Shown here one piece after another: positions 36,459 to 45,456 of a DNA stretch of 64,000 bases. Under the pieces are notes generated by a model. The model was not told the DNA's origin. It did no database searches and saw only the letters and a list, made by a program, of their open reading frames with translations. The stretch spans positions 34,574 to 98,573 of the IMG/VR virus record IMGVR_UViG_3300045988_140174. The stretch is one strand, 5' to 3'. A program made the translations under genes and the position numbers. Source of the stretch: a virus. The stretch's first letter is position 1. The number at the start of each line of letters is the position of its first letter.

Positions 36459-36487
36459 TTGATTTTTAATAAAAATTTTTATATAAT
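36459..36487 (+). promoter_or_regulatory. promoter TTGATT-17-TATAAT (first copy of the conserved cassette promoter)
   Basis: same hexamers and spacing as the nine downstream copies. Confidence 0.55.
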
Positions 36488-36553
36488 ATATATATAAACA
36501 ATAAGAAATGAATTAACAACAGTTCAACTACAACTAATCAGGAGGTAATAAAT

Positions 36554-37066
36554 ATGAATGCTGCCGGCTTTTATCGTTTCGACGTTCATTTCTTCGATGG
36601 CGCTGAACAGAATGCTCACGGTTTCGTATATGCCGAGAATTATGCCAATGCGGTTGAAAAAGTTTGTGATATGGTTGATGATGAAGACATCGCAGATATC
36701 AAGATTGAGGGTATGGAGCCCGGTGAAGTCCTCCTAATGCCCGACTGGATTGCTGATAGAATTACCAAGTATGACTATTTCAGCAGCGGCGATTACGCGC
36801 GCGAGGACAAAAATGTTCAATTTAAGAATGTTAATTCTTTGCCGACCGCCGAAGAACTTTCTAAATGTATTCACACCTATGATACTAAGCCTACTCCGCC
36901 GTTTAAGAATGACGAAGTTATGAAGGAGATTGAGAAGCATCTGACCAGCGGCAACTATGGCCCCTCTGACAAACTCCCTCTGTCTCAGCAGTCTATCGAA
37001 TATATCAACGAGTGCGTTAAGAACGGTCTCCCTATCGAGATGCCGGACCATCGTGGTGAAACCTAA
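36554..37066 (+). CDS. hypothetical protein, 170 aa
   Basis: RBS AGGAGGTAATAAAT-ATG. Confidence 0.7.
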   Translation: MNAAGFYRFDVHFFDGAEQNAHGFVYAENYANAVEKVCDMVDDEDIADIKIEGMEPGEVLLMPDWIADRITKYDYFSSGDYAREDKNVQFKNVNSLPTAEELSKCIHTYDTKPTPPFKNDEVMKEIEKHLTSGNYGPSDKLPLSQQSIEYINECVKNGLPIEMPDHRGET

Positions 37067-37515
37067 TGTGGCAACGAACCTGTAAAGAGTGCGCTTATTT
37101 CGATGATATGCGCTGTAAAATTAGCGGACAACCGGCTATCTCTCACAATATTGCTTGTGCCTCATTCAGTAGCAAACGCTACGAGTGCGAGATTTGCCAC
37201 CGTCAAATTCACCATACTGAGGTAATCTATGATAGCAAAAGTAATAAGATTGTTTGTTCAGATTGCTGTAATCGTCTGTCTACGTGTAATAATTGCCATA
37301 ATGGGAATATTTGCCTTTTTGAAACAGACCCATCACCACTTCCGAAACAAATACAAAAACAAATCCGTCAGGGAAATATGATAGGACAGACGATTGTAAA
37401 AAACCCCGACAGAATCCTCATTACGTGTAAGAAAGGTTGTCCTTGTTGGGACGCTGAAACAGAAAGTTGTAATAAACAACTTCGATACTGTGCTAACATT
37501 CAGGAGGTTATATGA
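37066..37515 (+). CDS. Cys-rich zinc-binding protein, 149 aa
   Basis: multiple CxxC pairs (CKEC, CEIC, CSDCC, CNNC). Confidence 0.65.
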   Translation: MWQRTCKECAYFDDMRCKISGQPAISHNIACASFSSKRYECEICHRQIHHTEVIYDSKSNKIVCSDCCNRLSTCNNCHNGNICLFETDPSPLPKQIQKQIRQGNMIGQTIVKNPDRILITCKKGCPCWDAETESCNKQLRYCANIQEVI

Positions 37516-37754
37516 CATTTGCTGTAATACACAATGGTTCCACCCATTTCATCATTGATGATATCAAGGAAATTATCGGCGTCGCCAAAATTTACCTTAG
37601 TGGTATCGGGCCTAGTACAGTAATACTTCTCAAAAATGGCGGACATTATGAGTTCTCATTTCCTATGACTGACGAACAATTCAGTAAGATCCGAGATAGT
37701 TGGCTTCTCGCAAAAATAAAAAGAGACGGTCTTGATGTAATCGTTGAAGTATGA
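37512..37754 (+). CDS. hypothetical protein, 80 aa
   Basis: overlapping start. Confidence 0.6.
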   Translation: MTFAVIHNGSTHFIIDDIKEIIGVAKIYLSGIGPSTVILLKNGGHYEFSFPMTDEQFSKIRDSWLLAKIKRDGLDVIVEV

Positions 37755-38002
37755 GCACGTTGGGCAAAATTCTTAAATTTAACAAAACTGACCAGGAGGA
37801 GCGTATGAAACGTAAAGGCTACGACATCTACATCGGCAAACGTGGTGCGATTTATTACCTCGAAACTATCGAGGAAACTAATCCACTCGTCGCAGATACC
37901 TATGCCTATGATAAGGCACTCGACAAGTTTGGCGATATTCCAGAAGTAGTATGGAAAGCAATCCCGGCAGTAATTTGGGTACCGGAGGATGGAAGAGAAT
38001 GA
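37751..38002 (+). CDS. hypothetical protein, 83 aa
   Basis: overlapping start. Confidence 0.6.
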   Translation: MSTLGKILKFNKTDQEERMKRKGYDIYIGKRGAIYYLETIEETNPLVADTYAYDKALDKFGDIPEVVWKAIPAVIWVPEDGRE

Positions 38003-38217
38003 CACTATTTAGAATTAACCTTGAAGACTGTGGCTGTTTCTGTATCGACCTCGACACCATCAGTTCATTCTATATCGGCTTCGGCAATAAACTGAAAATT
38101 CTCCCTATCGGAGGTTCTGAGTATATCGCCCCTATCACGATTTGCCCGCAGGATGCTAAGCGTCTCGTTGAGGCCTGGGAGAGTCGAGACGGAGGAGAGC
38201 GCATTAATGCTGTATAA
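37999..38217 (+). CDS. hypothetical protein, 72 aa
   Basis: internal Met of track ORF 37951; start overlaps upstream stop (GAATGA). Confidence 0.5.
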   Translation: MTLFRINLEDCGCFCIDLDTISSFYIGFGNKLKILPIGGSEYIAPITICPQDAKRLVEAWESRDGGERINAV

Positions 38218-38557
38218 TATTTACTATTATAATGTTTTCTCGCCAGACCGAGAAACGCCTTGTATTCAAGAAAAATCAAAAGAGTTTGAAAATTTCCGCG
38301 AGGCCACTCTCTATGCAGCCACTCGATGTATCGACAGTCAATTTGAGTGGGAGCATCAGATTGGTCGAGTTGAAGATTATATCGACCTGGCGCACCGGAA
38401 TCCTTATCTTATTGAAAAAGGTATCGACTCTAAATTAATGGATGCTATCGGGCGTAAACAATACTGTATGAATACTACCGTAGATATGTGGTTTTATGCC
38501 GTTCCAGTAGAAGATGATAATCTAATTAAAGAGGCATTTGAAAATGGAACTCTATAA
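38207..38557 (+). CDS. hypothetical protein, 116 aa
   Basis: internal Met of track ORF 38153 at the previous stop. Confidence 0.55.
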   Translation: MLYNIYYYNVFSPDRETPCIQEKSKEFENFREATLYAATRCIDSQFEWEHQIGRVEDYIDLAHRNPYLIEKGIDSKLMDAIGRKQYCMNTTVDMWFYAVPVEDDNLIKEAFENGTL

Positions 38558-38906
38558 TCTCTATTCCTACATCGAAACTGTCGATGAACCTGACATATTT
38601 CTATATCTGTTCTCGGCCCGTTTCGACAATGATGAAGATGCCGAGGCTAGCGCATACAATGAAACTTGCTTACGTTATGAAGAGTGTGAAAATGAATATC
38701 GTCTACCCAGTCTCGACGATATAATTGTCGAACTGGAAGAAAACGCACGCAAAAATGGTAAATCAGCAGCATTAACCAAAGAAATGTATAGAGACGCAAT
38801 TGAAATGTCCATTGATGTGCGTAATGAATATATTGACTCTTACGCGATTCGAGCGATAGACGACGACCGCGACTATGAAGATATATTTGATTATGATAAT
38901 GCGTAA
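38538..38906 (+). CDS. acidic hypothetical protein, 122 aa
   Basis: ORF. Confidence 0.6.
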   Translation: MKMELYNLYSYIETVDEPDIFLYLFSARFDNDEDAEASAYNETCLRYEECENEYRLPSLDDIIVELEENARKNGKSAALTKEMYRDAIEMSIDVRNEYIDSYAIRAIDDDRDYEDIFDYDNA

Positions 38907-38994
38907 TTAAATTCGTCAAGATTTTCACCACCTTATATTTCTATTATCATTATACCAAATAATTTTGGAAAAATCAATACAAGGAGAATTGAAA

Positions 38995-39276
38995 ATGGCT
39001 GTTAAAATCCGCAAAGCATTTACTATTATGCCCGATTCCCTCTATGATGACCAGCGCTATATTTTCCACGGCATCGACCGCGCAGAGGCCGAAGAGATTT
39101 GTCTCGCATTTGTCGAGGAACTCCTGGATGATGATATTCAGATGTGCCAGCGCGCTGAACATTATCCTGAGATTACATACTGCCCTGATTGGTGGAAGGA
39201 TATTGAGCCTGACCTCCGTCTCTGTCAGTATGATTCGTTTGTATATGAAACCTCAATTTACGATTTTGGACACTAA
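38995..39276 (+). CDS. hypothetical protein, 93 aa
   Basis: RBS ACAAGGAGAATTGAAA-ATG. Confidence 0.6.
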   Translation: MAVKIRKAFTIMPDSLYDDQRYIFHGIDRAEAEEICLAFVEELLDDDIQMCQRAEHYPEITYCPDWWKDIEPDLRLCQYDSFVYETSIYDFGH

Positions 39277-39281
39277 TATAT

Positions 39282-39341
39282 AAGAGTATTTGGCGATGCC
39301 AAATACTCTTATTTGATTTTTTTATAAATTTATAATATAAT
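39282..39341 (+). promoter_or_regulatory. conserved cassette: terminator hairpin (39282..39310) + T-run + promoter TTGATT 39313-17-TATAAT 39336 + ATATATAAG + RBS GAAAGGA
   Basis: one of 10 near-identical cassettes; the others have TATAAT at about 43807, 44844, 47724, 49992, 51232, 53764, 55587, 57087 and 36482. Confidence 0.65.
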
Positions 39342-39363
39342 ATATATAAGATAAAGAAAGGAA

Positions 39364-39618
39364 ATGATACTTATGGATTACGATTATGCCTGTATAATGA
39401 ATACTGAGAACGGCTCCGTTGTTAAGCTTACGATGAACGATTTGCGGCTTGCTTATCGTGAGTATCGTTTCCTTACCAAGCGCGAATATATTCTTGAAAA
39501 CTATCCTGAGTCTGAGGCTTGTGTAGATGAAATTGCTAAGCGAGCCATTGAACTGGAAGACAGTTATCATTATCGGGAAGACGATGCAATCGAACAAGCG
39601 TTCGATGAGATTATGTGA
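39364..39618 (+). CDS. hypothetical protein, about 84 aa (alternative start 39373)
   Basis: first gene after cassette L1. Confidence 0.6.
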   Translation: MILMDYDYACIMNTENGSVVKLTMNDLRLAYREYRFLTKREYILENYPESEACVDEIAKRAIELEDSYHYREDDAIEQAFDEIM

Positions 39619-39630
39619 GGAGGATACGCT

Positions 39631-39861
39631 ATGAAGTGGCATTTGATTTCTGAGAAGCGGCCTGAACTTGGCACTGATGTTCTCGTATGTTTCGAGCCTG
39701 GCAATCCTTTCTCCTGTGATGTATGTAGTCTCGAAGATGAAGGCGAAGGCCACTATGTTTGGTGGCGCCTTGAAAAAAGTTATCCTATTGATGATACTGA
39801 TTATTGGGCTGAGATTCCGATGCCTCAGCCGAGAATTCCCGCTTATAAGGAGGAGGATTAA
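39631..39861 (+). CDS. DUF551-like phage protein, 76 aa
   Basis: MKW..SEKRPE.G..VLV.....W......W...MPQP pattern typical of DUF551. Confidence 0.5.
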   Translation: MKWHLISEKRPELGTDVLVCFEPGNPFSCDVCSLEDEGEGHYVWWRLEKSYPIDDTDYWAEIPMPQPRIPAYKEED

Positions 39862-39863
39862 CT

Positions 39864-40616
39864 ATGATTGAAGGTCTCTACCCGCCGTTTCAGCATTGGG
39901 GCGCGTCTGGTACGACGTGGATTATTTCCGATACGCATTTCAATGACCCCGACCTCATTCATGTATATGCTGACCGTCCCTCCGCAGAAGAGCAGGTGAA
40001 GCGCATCAATGCTAAGTGCGGTCGCGCTGATACGTTGATTATCCTTGGTGATGTTGGCGATATCTCCTATGTGCGTCAGTTGCGCGCTAAGTATAAGATT
40101 CTCGTGATGGGCAACCACGATTCTGGTGCCTCCAATTATCAGCGTCAGATTTTCAGACAGAAGTTTGATAAGGGTCTGTTCCAGAAGCATGAGGCATTGG
40201 ATGAGATGAAGCGTCTCTATCCTGATTGTGCCTATTCCATTACCGATAGTTATGATTATCTCGATAATTTCCCTTGTTGGGAGGTTCGCGCTGATAATAA
40301 ATTATTTGATTTGGTGTTTACGGGGCCGGTTATGATTTCTGAGAAGCTGATGCTCTCTCACGAGCCTATCAATATGATTCCTTGGGCGTTTAATATCCAT
40401 GGTCATGTTCACGACCGTCGCGCTAAGAACAACGGCAACCATTTCAATGTGTGCGCTGATGTGATTGGCTACGAGCCTATCAACTTTAACAAGTGGATGA
40501 AGGAAGGCCATCTCGCAAACATCGTATCCATTCACCGTGATACAATCGATAGAGCCACATCTAACGCTCGTAAACGAGGTTATAGATTAGGTCGAAAAAT
40601 GTCCGGACAAAAATAA
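39864..40616 (+). CDS. calcineurin-like metallophosphoesterase, 250 aa
   Basis: ISDTHFN (DxH), ILGDVGD (GDxxD), MGNHD (GNHD), HGHVH motifs. Confidence 0.8.
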   Translation: MIEGLYPPFQHWGASGTTWIISDTHFNDPDLIHVYADRPSAEEQVKRINAKCGRADTLIILGDVGDISYVRQLRAKYKILVMGNHDSGASNYQRQIFRQKFDKGLFQKHEALDEMKRLYPDCAYSITDSYDYLDNFPCWEVRADNKLFDLVFTGPVMISEKLMLSHEPINMIPWAFNIHGHVHDRRAKNNGNHFNVCADVIGYEPINFNKWMKEGHLANIVSIHRDTIDRATSNARKRGYRLGRKMSGQK

Positions 40617-40660
40617 ATAAATTTATAAAAATGTTTTTTATAATAATCAGAGGTGATTTT

Positions 40661-40810
40661 ATGAAAAACAATAGAGATAGTCGATTAGAAATTCGATTAC
40701 CAGAGGATATAAAAATAGAATTTCAAGAATACGCTAAAAAGTATAAAACAACTATGAGTTCTATTTTATTGGCTTATATTTTATATTTAATCCAAGAGGA
40801 GGAGAAATAG
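40661..40810 (+). CDS. ribbon-helix-helix protein, 49 aa (ends at TAG 40808; if TAG is sense it runs 4 more codons to TAA)
   Basis: SRLEIRLPEDIKIEFQEYAKKYKTTMSSIL, Arc/CopG-like; RBS AGAGGTGATTTT-ATG. Confidence 0.5.
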   Translation: MKNNRDSRLEIRLPEDIKIEFQEYAKKYKTTMSSILLAYILYLIQEEEK

Positions 40811-40811
40811 A

Positions 40812-41741
40812 ATGGGATTTAAAGTTGATTTAACAGATTAGCGATTCGGACGATGGACAGTATTAGGCTTCGACTGTAATAAAAATAAAAAAAATTATTG
40901 GAAATGTAAATGTGATTGTGGAACTGAACGTAGTGTCGTAGGTAGTCATCTAGTTAACCAAAATTCAAAGTCTTGTGGGTGCTTATCAAGAGAAATAACC
41001 GCACAGCGTTCACGTAAAGATATTACAGGTTAGAAATTTGGGCGATTAATAGCTTTATATTCAACTAATACAAAAACTAATAATGGAAAATATATTTGGC
41101 ATTGTTAGTGTGATTGTGGTAATGTGGTAGATGTACCTATTGATGCCTTAACCACAGGAAATAAAAAATCTTGCGGGTGTTTATCTCGTGAAAAAGCTAG
41201 TGAAAGATTTGGTATTGATGAAACAGGAAATGTTTATGGCAAATCGACTGTAATTAAACGGGATACGTCTTAGGTTTATAATCATATTCACTGGTTATGT
41301 CAATGCTCTTGTGGCAATCCTGAATTAGAATCTATTAGTGGTGTTTCATTAAGGTTAGGAAAAAGAATAGCCTGTTCTAAATGTCGACCTCGTTCCAAGG
41401 GAGAAGAATAGATTCGTGATATTTTAATAGCGAATAATATTAATTTTATCCAAGAAAAATCATTTGATGATTGTCGTTTTCCAGATACTAATCGGCTAGC
41501 TAGATTTGATTTTTATGTCAATAATAGTTATATAATTGAATTTGATAGCAAATAGCATTCAGAAGAAACGTCTGGTAAATATAGTAATTGGCAATCATTG
41601 GATTACGTACAAGCTCACGATGAAATTAAAAATAATTATTGCTTAAAAAATAATATTCCAATGATTCGAATACCTTATCATAAATTAAACAATATTCAAT
41701 TAGAAGATTTATTAATAGAAACTTCAAAATATAAATTCTAA
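40812..41741 (+). CDS. homing-endonuclease-like protein, 309 aa: 3 Cys-rich zinc-finger repeats + C-terminal PD-(D/E)xK-like domain; 6 in-frame TAG
   Basis: repeats ..*RFGRW..CKCDCG....SCGCLSRE x3 with TAG at the same repeat position; C-terminus RFDFYVNNSYIIEFDSK*HSEE...IRIPY is paralogous to 11588..11944. Confidence 0.6.
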
Positions 41742-41762
41742 CTTAGGAGGGAGGAAACCGCA

Positions 41763-41921
41763 ATGATTGTTATTTTCATACTTGGCATTGTAGCAATAGT
41801 TAATTTGCTTTTGGCTCTCTATGGATTTAGAGGTAATTTCTCTCCGTTTATTAGTCTATCTCTTATGATTTCTGGAATGGCCAACGCAATTACTACCGCA
41901 GTAATTCTATTAGGAGTTTAA
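41763..41921 (+). CDS. tiny membrane protein 1, 52 aa
   Basis: RBS TTAGGAGGGAGGAAACCGCA-ATG; one or two transmembrane helices. Confidence 0.55.
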   Translation: MIVIFILGIVAIVNLLLALYGFRGNFSPFISLSLMISGMANAITTAVILLGV

Positions 41922-41922
41922 T

Positions 41923-42111
41923 ATGAATAAAATACTGTTTGCTCTCGTTCTCACAAGTATCAGCTTTTTCTTTTTTAATACGTTTCTCCACGAAAAGAGT
42001 GAGAGTAAATTATTCGATATTATGACAGCATTTATGTGTATCCTTGTCGCAGTTGCTCTCATTACTATGTGGATTGTCCTCATTGTTCAATTGATTGGAG
42101 GAACGCTATGA
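41923..42111 (+). CDS. tiny membrane protein 2, 62 aa
   Basis: two transmembrane helices; tightly packed with neighbours. Confidence 0.55.
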   Translation: MNKILFALVLTSISFFFFNTFLHEKSESKLFDIMTAFMCILVAVALITMWIVLIVQLIGGTL

Positions 42112-42281
42112 TATTCCGCCTTATCCTCCTTATGGTTCTTGGAGCCTCTATTTGTATAGGCATTGAGACAATGTGGCACGCTTTCAAAAATGGGAAATGG
42201 CCTCTTGGAATAGTAGTAATTTTTGAGGTTATAGGATTTATTCTTATGACTATATTCTTTATCAAGGAGCAAGTACTATAA
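42108..42281 (+). CDS. tiny membrane protein 3, 57 aa
   Basis: two transmembrane helices; ATGA overlap. Confidence 0.55.
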   Translation: MIFRLILLMVLGASICIGIETMWHAFKNGKWPLGIVVIFEVIGFILMTIFFIKEQVL

Positions 42282-42457
42282 TGTTTTTCAATATTTTGAA
42301 CCAACTCCTTTTGTTTATTTTCGGTCTTATGTTGTTAGCCATTACTATTAACAACATCGAAGAGCCTTATCTCAATCATAAATGGGGTATCATTCTCCCA
42401 TTTATTGGGGCTATGTCTTGCGCGGCCTGTATTATTCATAATTTGTTTCAGGGGTGA
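42281..42457 (+). CDS. tiny membrane protein 4, 58 aa
   Basis: two transmembrane helices; TAATG overlap. Confidence 0.55.
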   Translation: MFFNILNQLLLFIFGLMLLAITINNIEEPYLNHKWGIILPFIGAMSCAACIIHNLFQG

Positions 42458-42657
42458 TTACTATGTCTATTTTTGGTATTATTACATTTGCCCTTTGTAT
42501 GGTTATTATTTTTGCTTATATGTATAAATCTTATCATATACTTAAATATTACCGTGAGCAGGGCAAATGGTTCATTTGGGCAGTTTTGAATATTCTGTCT
42601 ATCACAATTATCGTGGAGACCACTGAAATTATCGTGGAGGTTGCTCATCTATGCTAA
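42454..42657 (+). CDS. tiny membrane protein 5, 67 aa
   Basis: two transmembrane helices. Confidence 0.55.
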   Translation: MITMSIFGIITFALCMVIIFAYMYKSYHILKYYREQGKWFIWAVLNILSITIIVETTEIIVEVAHLC

Positions 42658-43055
42658 TTACTATTTTGTTCATTATAGTATTCATTATCAGCGCCTATCT
42701 GTGCCATAAATTTGAAAACCGTGATATTTCTATGGCTTTTCTCCTGATTGCAGTTTGCTGTGCGATTGGTCTTATTGTGTGCGGGGCTATGTGCGCTTGT
42801 ACGCCATATGACTCTGACCTTCGCACACAAGATGCGATGGATAAGGAGCGCACGCTTCTTGAACTGCGTATTAACGATGATTATTGGCGCAAAGATGCTC
42901 GCCTGACCGCGGAACTCGTCCACGATGTAGATGAATATAATGAATTGGTCATCTCAATGCGCAAGACCTATAATAGTGAATGGACTTCTTGGTTTGGTCG
43001 CTCTTGGATGGCTGACCTAACTACCGTAGAATTTCCAGAAGGAGGATGGAAATGA
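42651..43055 (+). CDS. membrane-anchored protein 6, 134 aa
   Basis: two N-terminal transmembrane helices + soluble domain. Confidence 0.6.
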   Translation: MLITILFIIVFIISAYLCHKFENRDISMAFLLIAVCCAIGLIVCGAMCACTPYDSDLRTQDAMDKERTLLELRINDDYWRKDARLTAELVHDVDEYNELVISMRKTYNSEWTSWFGRSWMADLTTVEFPEGGWK

Positions 43056-43444
43056 TTCTCTTATTGCTACCTCTCGTAGTATTTGTAATTTGTAGCATTC
43101 TATTTCATAAGATTCGAGATGTTGATACAAATGAATGTATTAGTGTCATCGGAGGAGTCGCTCTTTGTGCTTTCCTCGCATTGGGCATCGTTTGTTTCTT
43201 TATACGCCTTTGCGATTATGATAAGTTTCAGATTGATGCGGAGCGCGCAAATATCGTTCGATACATTGAACGGTATGGTGATGATGCAGAGACTAATGAA
43301 GCTACCTACAATACTATTTATAATAAGGTTTACGATTTTAATTATCGAGTATATAGATGTCAGAGGACTCGGTCAAATCCTCTCATCAGTTGGTTTAGAG
43401 CCGGATGGTGGATGGAGATTGAACCGATAGATTGGGCGCCGTAA
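43046..43444 (+). CDS. membrane-anchored protein 7, 132 aa
   Basis: two N-terminal transmembrane helices + soluble domain; similar layout to protein 6. Confidence 0.6.
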   Translation: MEMILLLLPLVVFVICSILFHKIRDVDTNECISVIGGVALCAFLALGIVCFFIRLCDYDKFQIDAERANIVRYIERYGDDAETNEATYNTIYNKVYDFNYRVYRCQRTRSNPLISWFRAGWWMEIEPIDWAP

Positions 43445-43455
43445 GGAGGTATAAT

Positions 43456-43740
43456 ATGGATTCTTTGTTTGATTTGATGTTCGGCATTATGAATAACGAT
43501 TATTCGAAGGCCGATAAGGTGGGTCGTGATATTATTGGCGATTATACCATTGACACTTGCGACACCGTGGACCAGGGCTATGAAACCGCTATGTGGAAGG
43601 GCGATGGCGATATTATCATCGTTCAGCGGTATCCTGATAGGGCGAGAGCCGAAGAGGGTCATCAGAAGTGGGTTGGTTTTGCTGAGACGAAGCCTAAGGA
43701 TGTGTATAGCGTTCAGGTAGACGCGCACGTCAATTTCTAA
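43456..43740 (+). CDS. hypothetical protein, 94 aa
   Basis: RBS AAGGAGGTATAAT-ATG. Confidence 0.6.
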   Translation: MDSLFDLMFGIMNNDYSKADKVGRDIIGDYTIDTCDTVDQGYETAMWKGDGDIIIVQRYPDRARAEEGHQKWVGFAETKPKDVYSVQVDAHVNF

Positions 43741-43749
43741 TAATTAGGT

Positions 43750-43812
43750 CAATGGAGGGTTTTACCAAACGTAAAATCCTCCATTGATTTTTTTTAAAAA
43801 TTATTATATAAT
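43750..43812 (+). promoter_or_regulatory. cassette L2: terminator hairpin 43750..43786 (its stem end supplies TTGATT 43784) - TATAAT 43807
   Basis: CAATGGAGGGTTTTACCAAACGTAAAATCCTCCATTG + T8. Confidence 0.65.
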
Positions 43813-43846
43813 ATATATAAGGTAAAAGAGAAAGGAATTGATATTT

Positions 43847-44527
43847 ATGATGATTTTTCCCACCTTGCATATTGAGTTTGAAAAGTGGAAATTTAATAAG
43901 GAGTATGGAGTTTGGGTTTCCAACTTCGGCAACTTCAAGGACATTCATAAGCGTCCTATTCCTAAGAAAATCTTCCAGCAGAATGGTTATGTGAGCGTAA
44001 AGACCAAGCACGGCAATCGTATGGCGCATCGTTTGGTTATGTATACATGGTGCCCCATTGAAGACCGCGAGGCGTTCACTGTTGACCATATTGACCACAA
44101 CAAGCGCAATAACCGCGTTGATAATCTGGAATGGGTTAGTCAGGCTGAGAATATTATGCGCGCTAACGATGATATTGTAATGAATCCTGCTCCTATTATT
44201 AACAATGCGGGCGCCGAACCCACCGACCGGGACACTGGGAAAATTCTGGAAGAGTGCGACAATACTCTGGCTAAGTGGCTTGCCACTACTACTGACACCA
44301 CTTGCCGTTCCTTCATTGTTCAGGAGGGTATCACTCTTGATACTGTTTTTACCAACACTGATGGTTTCAAGGGCACGGCGATGGAGGCTATTGATTGGCT
44401 CCAAAAGCATAACTCTAAGGTCAGCACTACCGAAGAGAAGTTTTTCTTCAAACTGTGTAATAGCATCCGTATGGATGGTTTTATGTATTCTCGTAAGTGG
44501 AATTTTTTGAAAGGAGTAAAAGCGTGA
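43847..44527 (+). CDS. HNH homing endonuclease, 226 aa
   Basis: HRLVMYTWCP...TVDHIDHNKRNNRVDNLEWVSQAEN; no TAG. Confidence 0.75.
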   Translation: MMIFPTLHIEFEKWKFNKEYGVWVSNFGNFKDIHKRPIPKKIFQQNGYVSVKTKHGNRMAHRLVMYTWCPIEDREAFTVDHIDHNKRNNRVDNLEWVSQAENIMRANDDIVMNPAPIINNAGAEPTDRDTGKILEECDNTLAKWLATTTDTTCRSFIVQEGITLDTVFTNTDGFKGTAMEAIDWLQKHNSKVSTTEEKFFFKLCNSIRMDGFMYSRKWNFLKGVKA

Positions 44528-44820
44528 GAGTAGCAATTTACGCAACTGAGCCCTATTATGGCGGGCTCCACGGTTATTTCAACTGCGGCATCTACCACAT
44601 TAATACTATAAGTGAGGCTGATGAAATCGGTCGGTATCTGTGTGATGAACTGATTGATAGTTATACTACACTGACCGACCTCTACGAAGACGGCGAGCGC
44701 GAGTATGATTATGCTATCTATGAAATCCCTAATGCGTTCGATGATATCGACGATGACCGGCTTGACGCCGACCTTTATGACTACGGTTTGAGCGATTTTA
44801 TCAAGAAATATTCTCTCTAA
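44524..44820 (+). CDS. hypothetical acidic protein, 98 aa (GTG start)
   Basis: RBS AAAGGAGTAAAAGC-GTG. Confidence 0.5.
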   Translation: MRVAIYATEPYYGGLHGYFNCGIYHINTISEADEIGRYLCDELIDSYTTLTDLYEDGEREYDYAIYEIPNAFDDIDDDRLDADLYDYGLSDFIKKYSL

Positions 44821-44883
44821 TTGATTTTTTTAAAAATTTATAATATAATATATATATAAGATAAAGGAAGGGGAAATCAAACA

Positions 44884-45072
44884 ATGTATCGTACTATTGA
44901 AGTTTGGGACGACGATGATGTTGTTGAGAATGATTTTGATACCTATAAGGAAGCGTTTGACATTTATGTTGACAAATTCCATTATGGCATTCTCCCTATG
45001 GAAGATTTCCTCATTGTAGATATGAGCACTGGCGAAGTGGTGTTTCAGGCATCCACTGTTAAAATGATTTAA
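44884..45072 (+). CDS. hypothetical protein, 62 aa
   Basis: after cassette L3 (TATAAT 44844). Confidence 0.6.
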   Translation: MYRTIEVWDDDDVVENDFDTYKEAFDIYVDKFHYGILPMEDFLIVDMSTGEVVFQASTVKMI

Positions 45073-45082
45073 GGAGGAACTT

Positions 45083-45280
45083 ATGGCTCGTCGAGAATTT
45101 AACCGTCTTGCTAAATATTGTAAGGAGACTTATGGTTCTCTTTATAATCGTGATGAGGCCTGGTTTATTTGTCCTGAGTGTTGGGAACCTATCTATTTCG
45201 ATGACTGGACTGAGGAAGAGACGCACGACTGGGCATATTGCCCTATCTGTGAAACTAATCTGTATGAGGATGTGGAATAA
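45083..45280 (+). CDS. zinc-ribbon protein, 65 aa
   Basis: CPECW...CPICE; RBS AAGGAGGAACTT-ATG. Confidence 0.6.
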   Translation: MARREFNRLAKYCKETYGSLYNRDEAWFICPECWEPIYFDDWTEEETHDWAYCPICETNLYEDVE

Positions 45281-45456
45281 TGAAAGTTTGGTATGAGCGC
45301 ACTGTTCGCAATTTCATCAATGTCCCCTGTGATTGGCCGGAATCGAAAATCTATAAGTATCTCCGTGAGAATACCTGTGGCCCATATGATGATTTGGCTT
45401 GGTGGTATGACAAGGAGATTGTCGAGGGTGATGAAGATGAAGATGAAATTATCTGA
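45280..45456 (+). CDS. hypothetical protein, 58 aa
   Basis: TAATG overlap. Confidence 0.5.
   Translation: MKVWYERTVRNFINVPCDWPESKIYKYLRENTCGPYDDLAWWYDKEIVEGDEDEDEII

Larger units (their letters stand above)
40630..41750 (+). mobile_element. AT-rich (about 30% GC) insertion carrying an RHH gene + homing-endonuclease-like gene, both with TAG codons, inside the 42%-GC plus-strand operon
   Basis: abrupt GC drop; freestanding endonuclease architecture; in-frame TAGs unlike the flanking genes. Confidence 0.5.
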
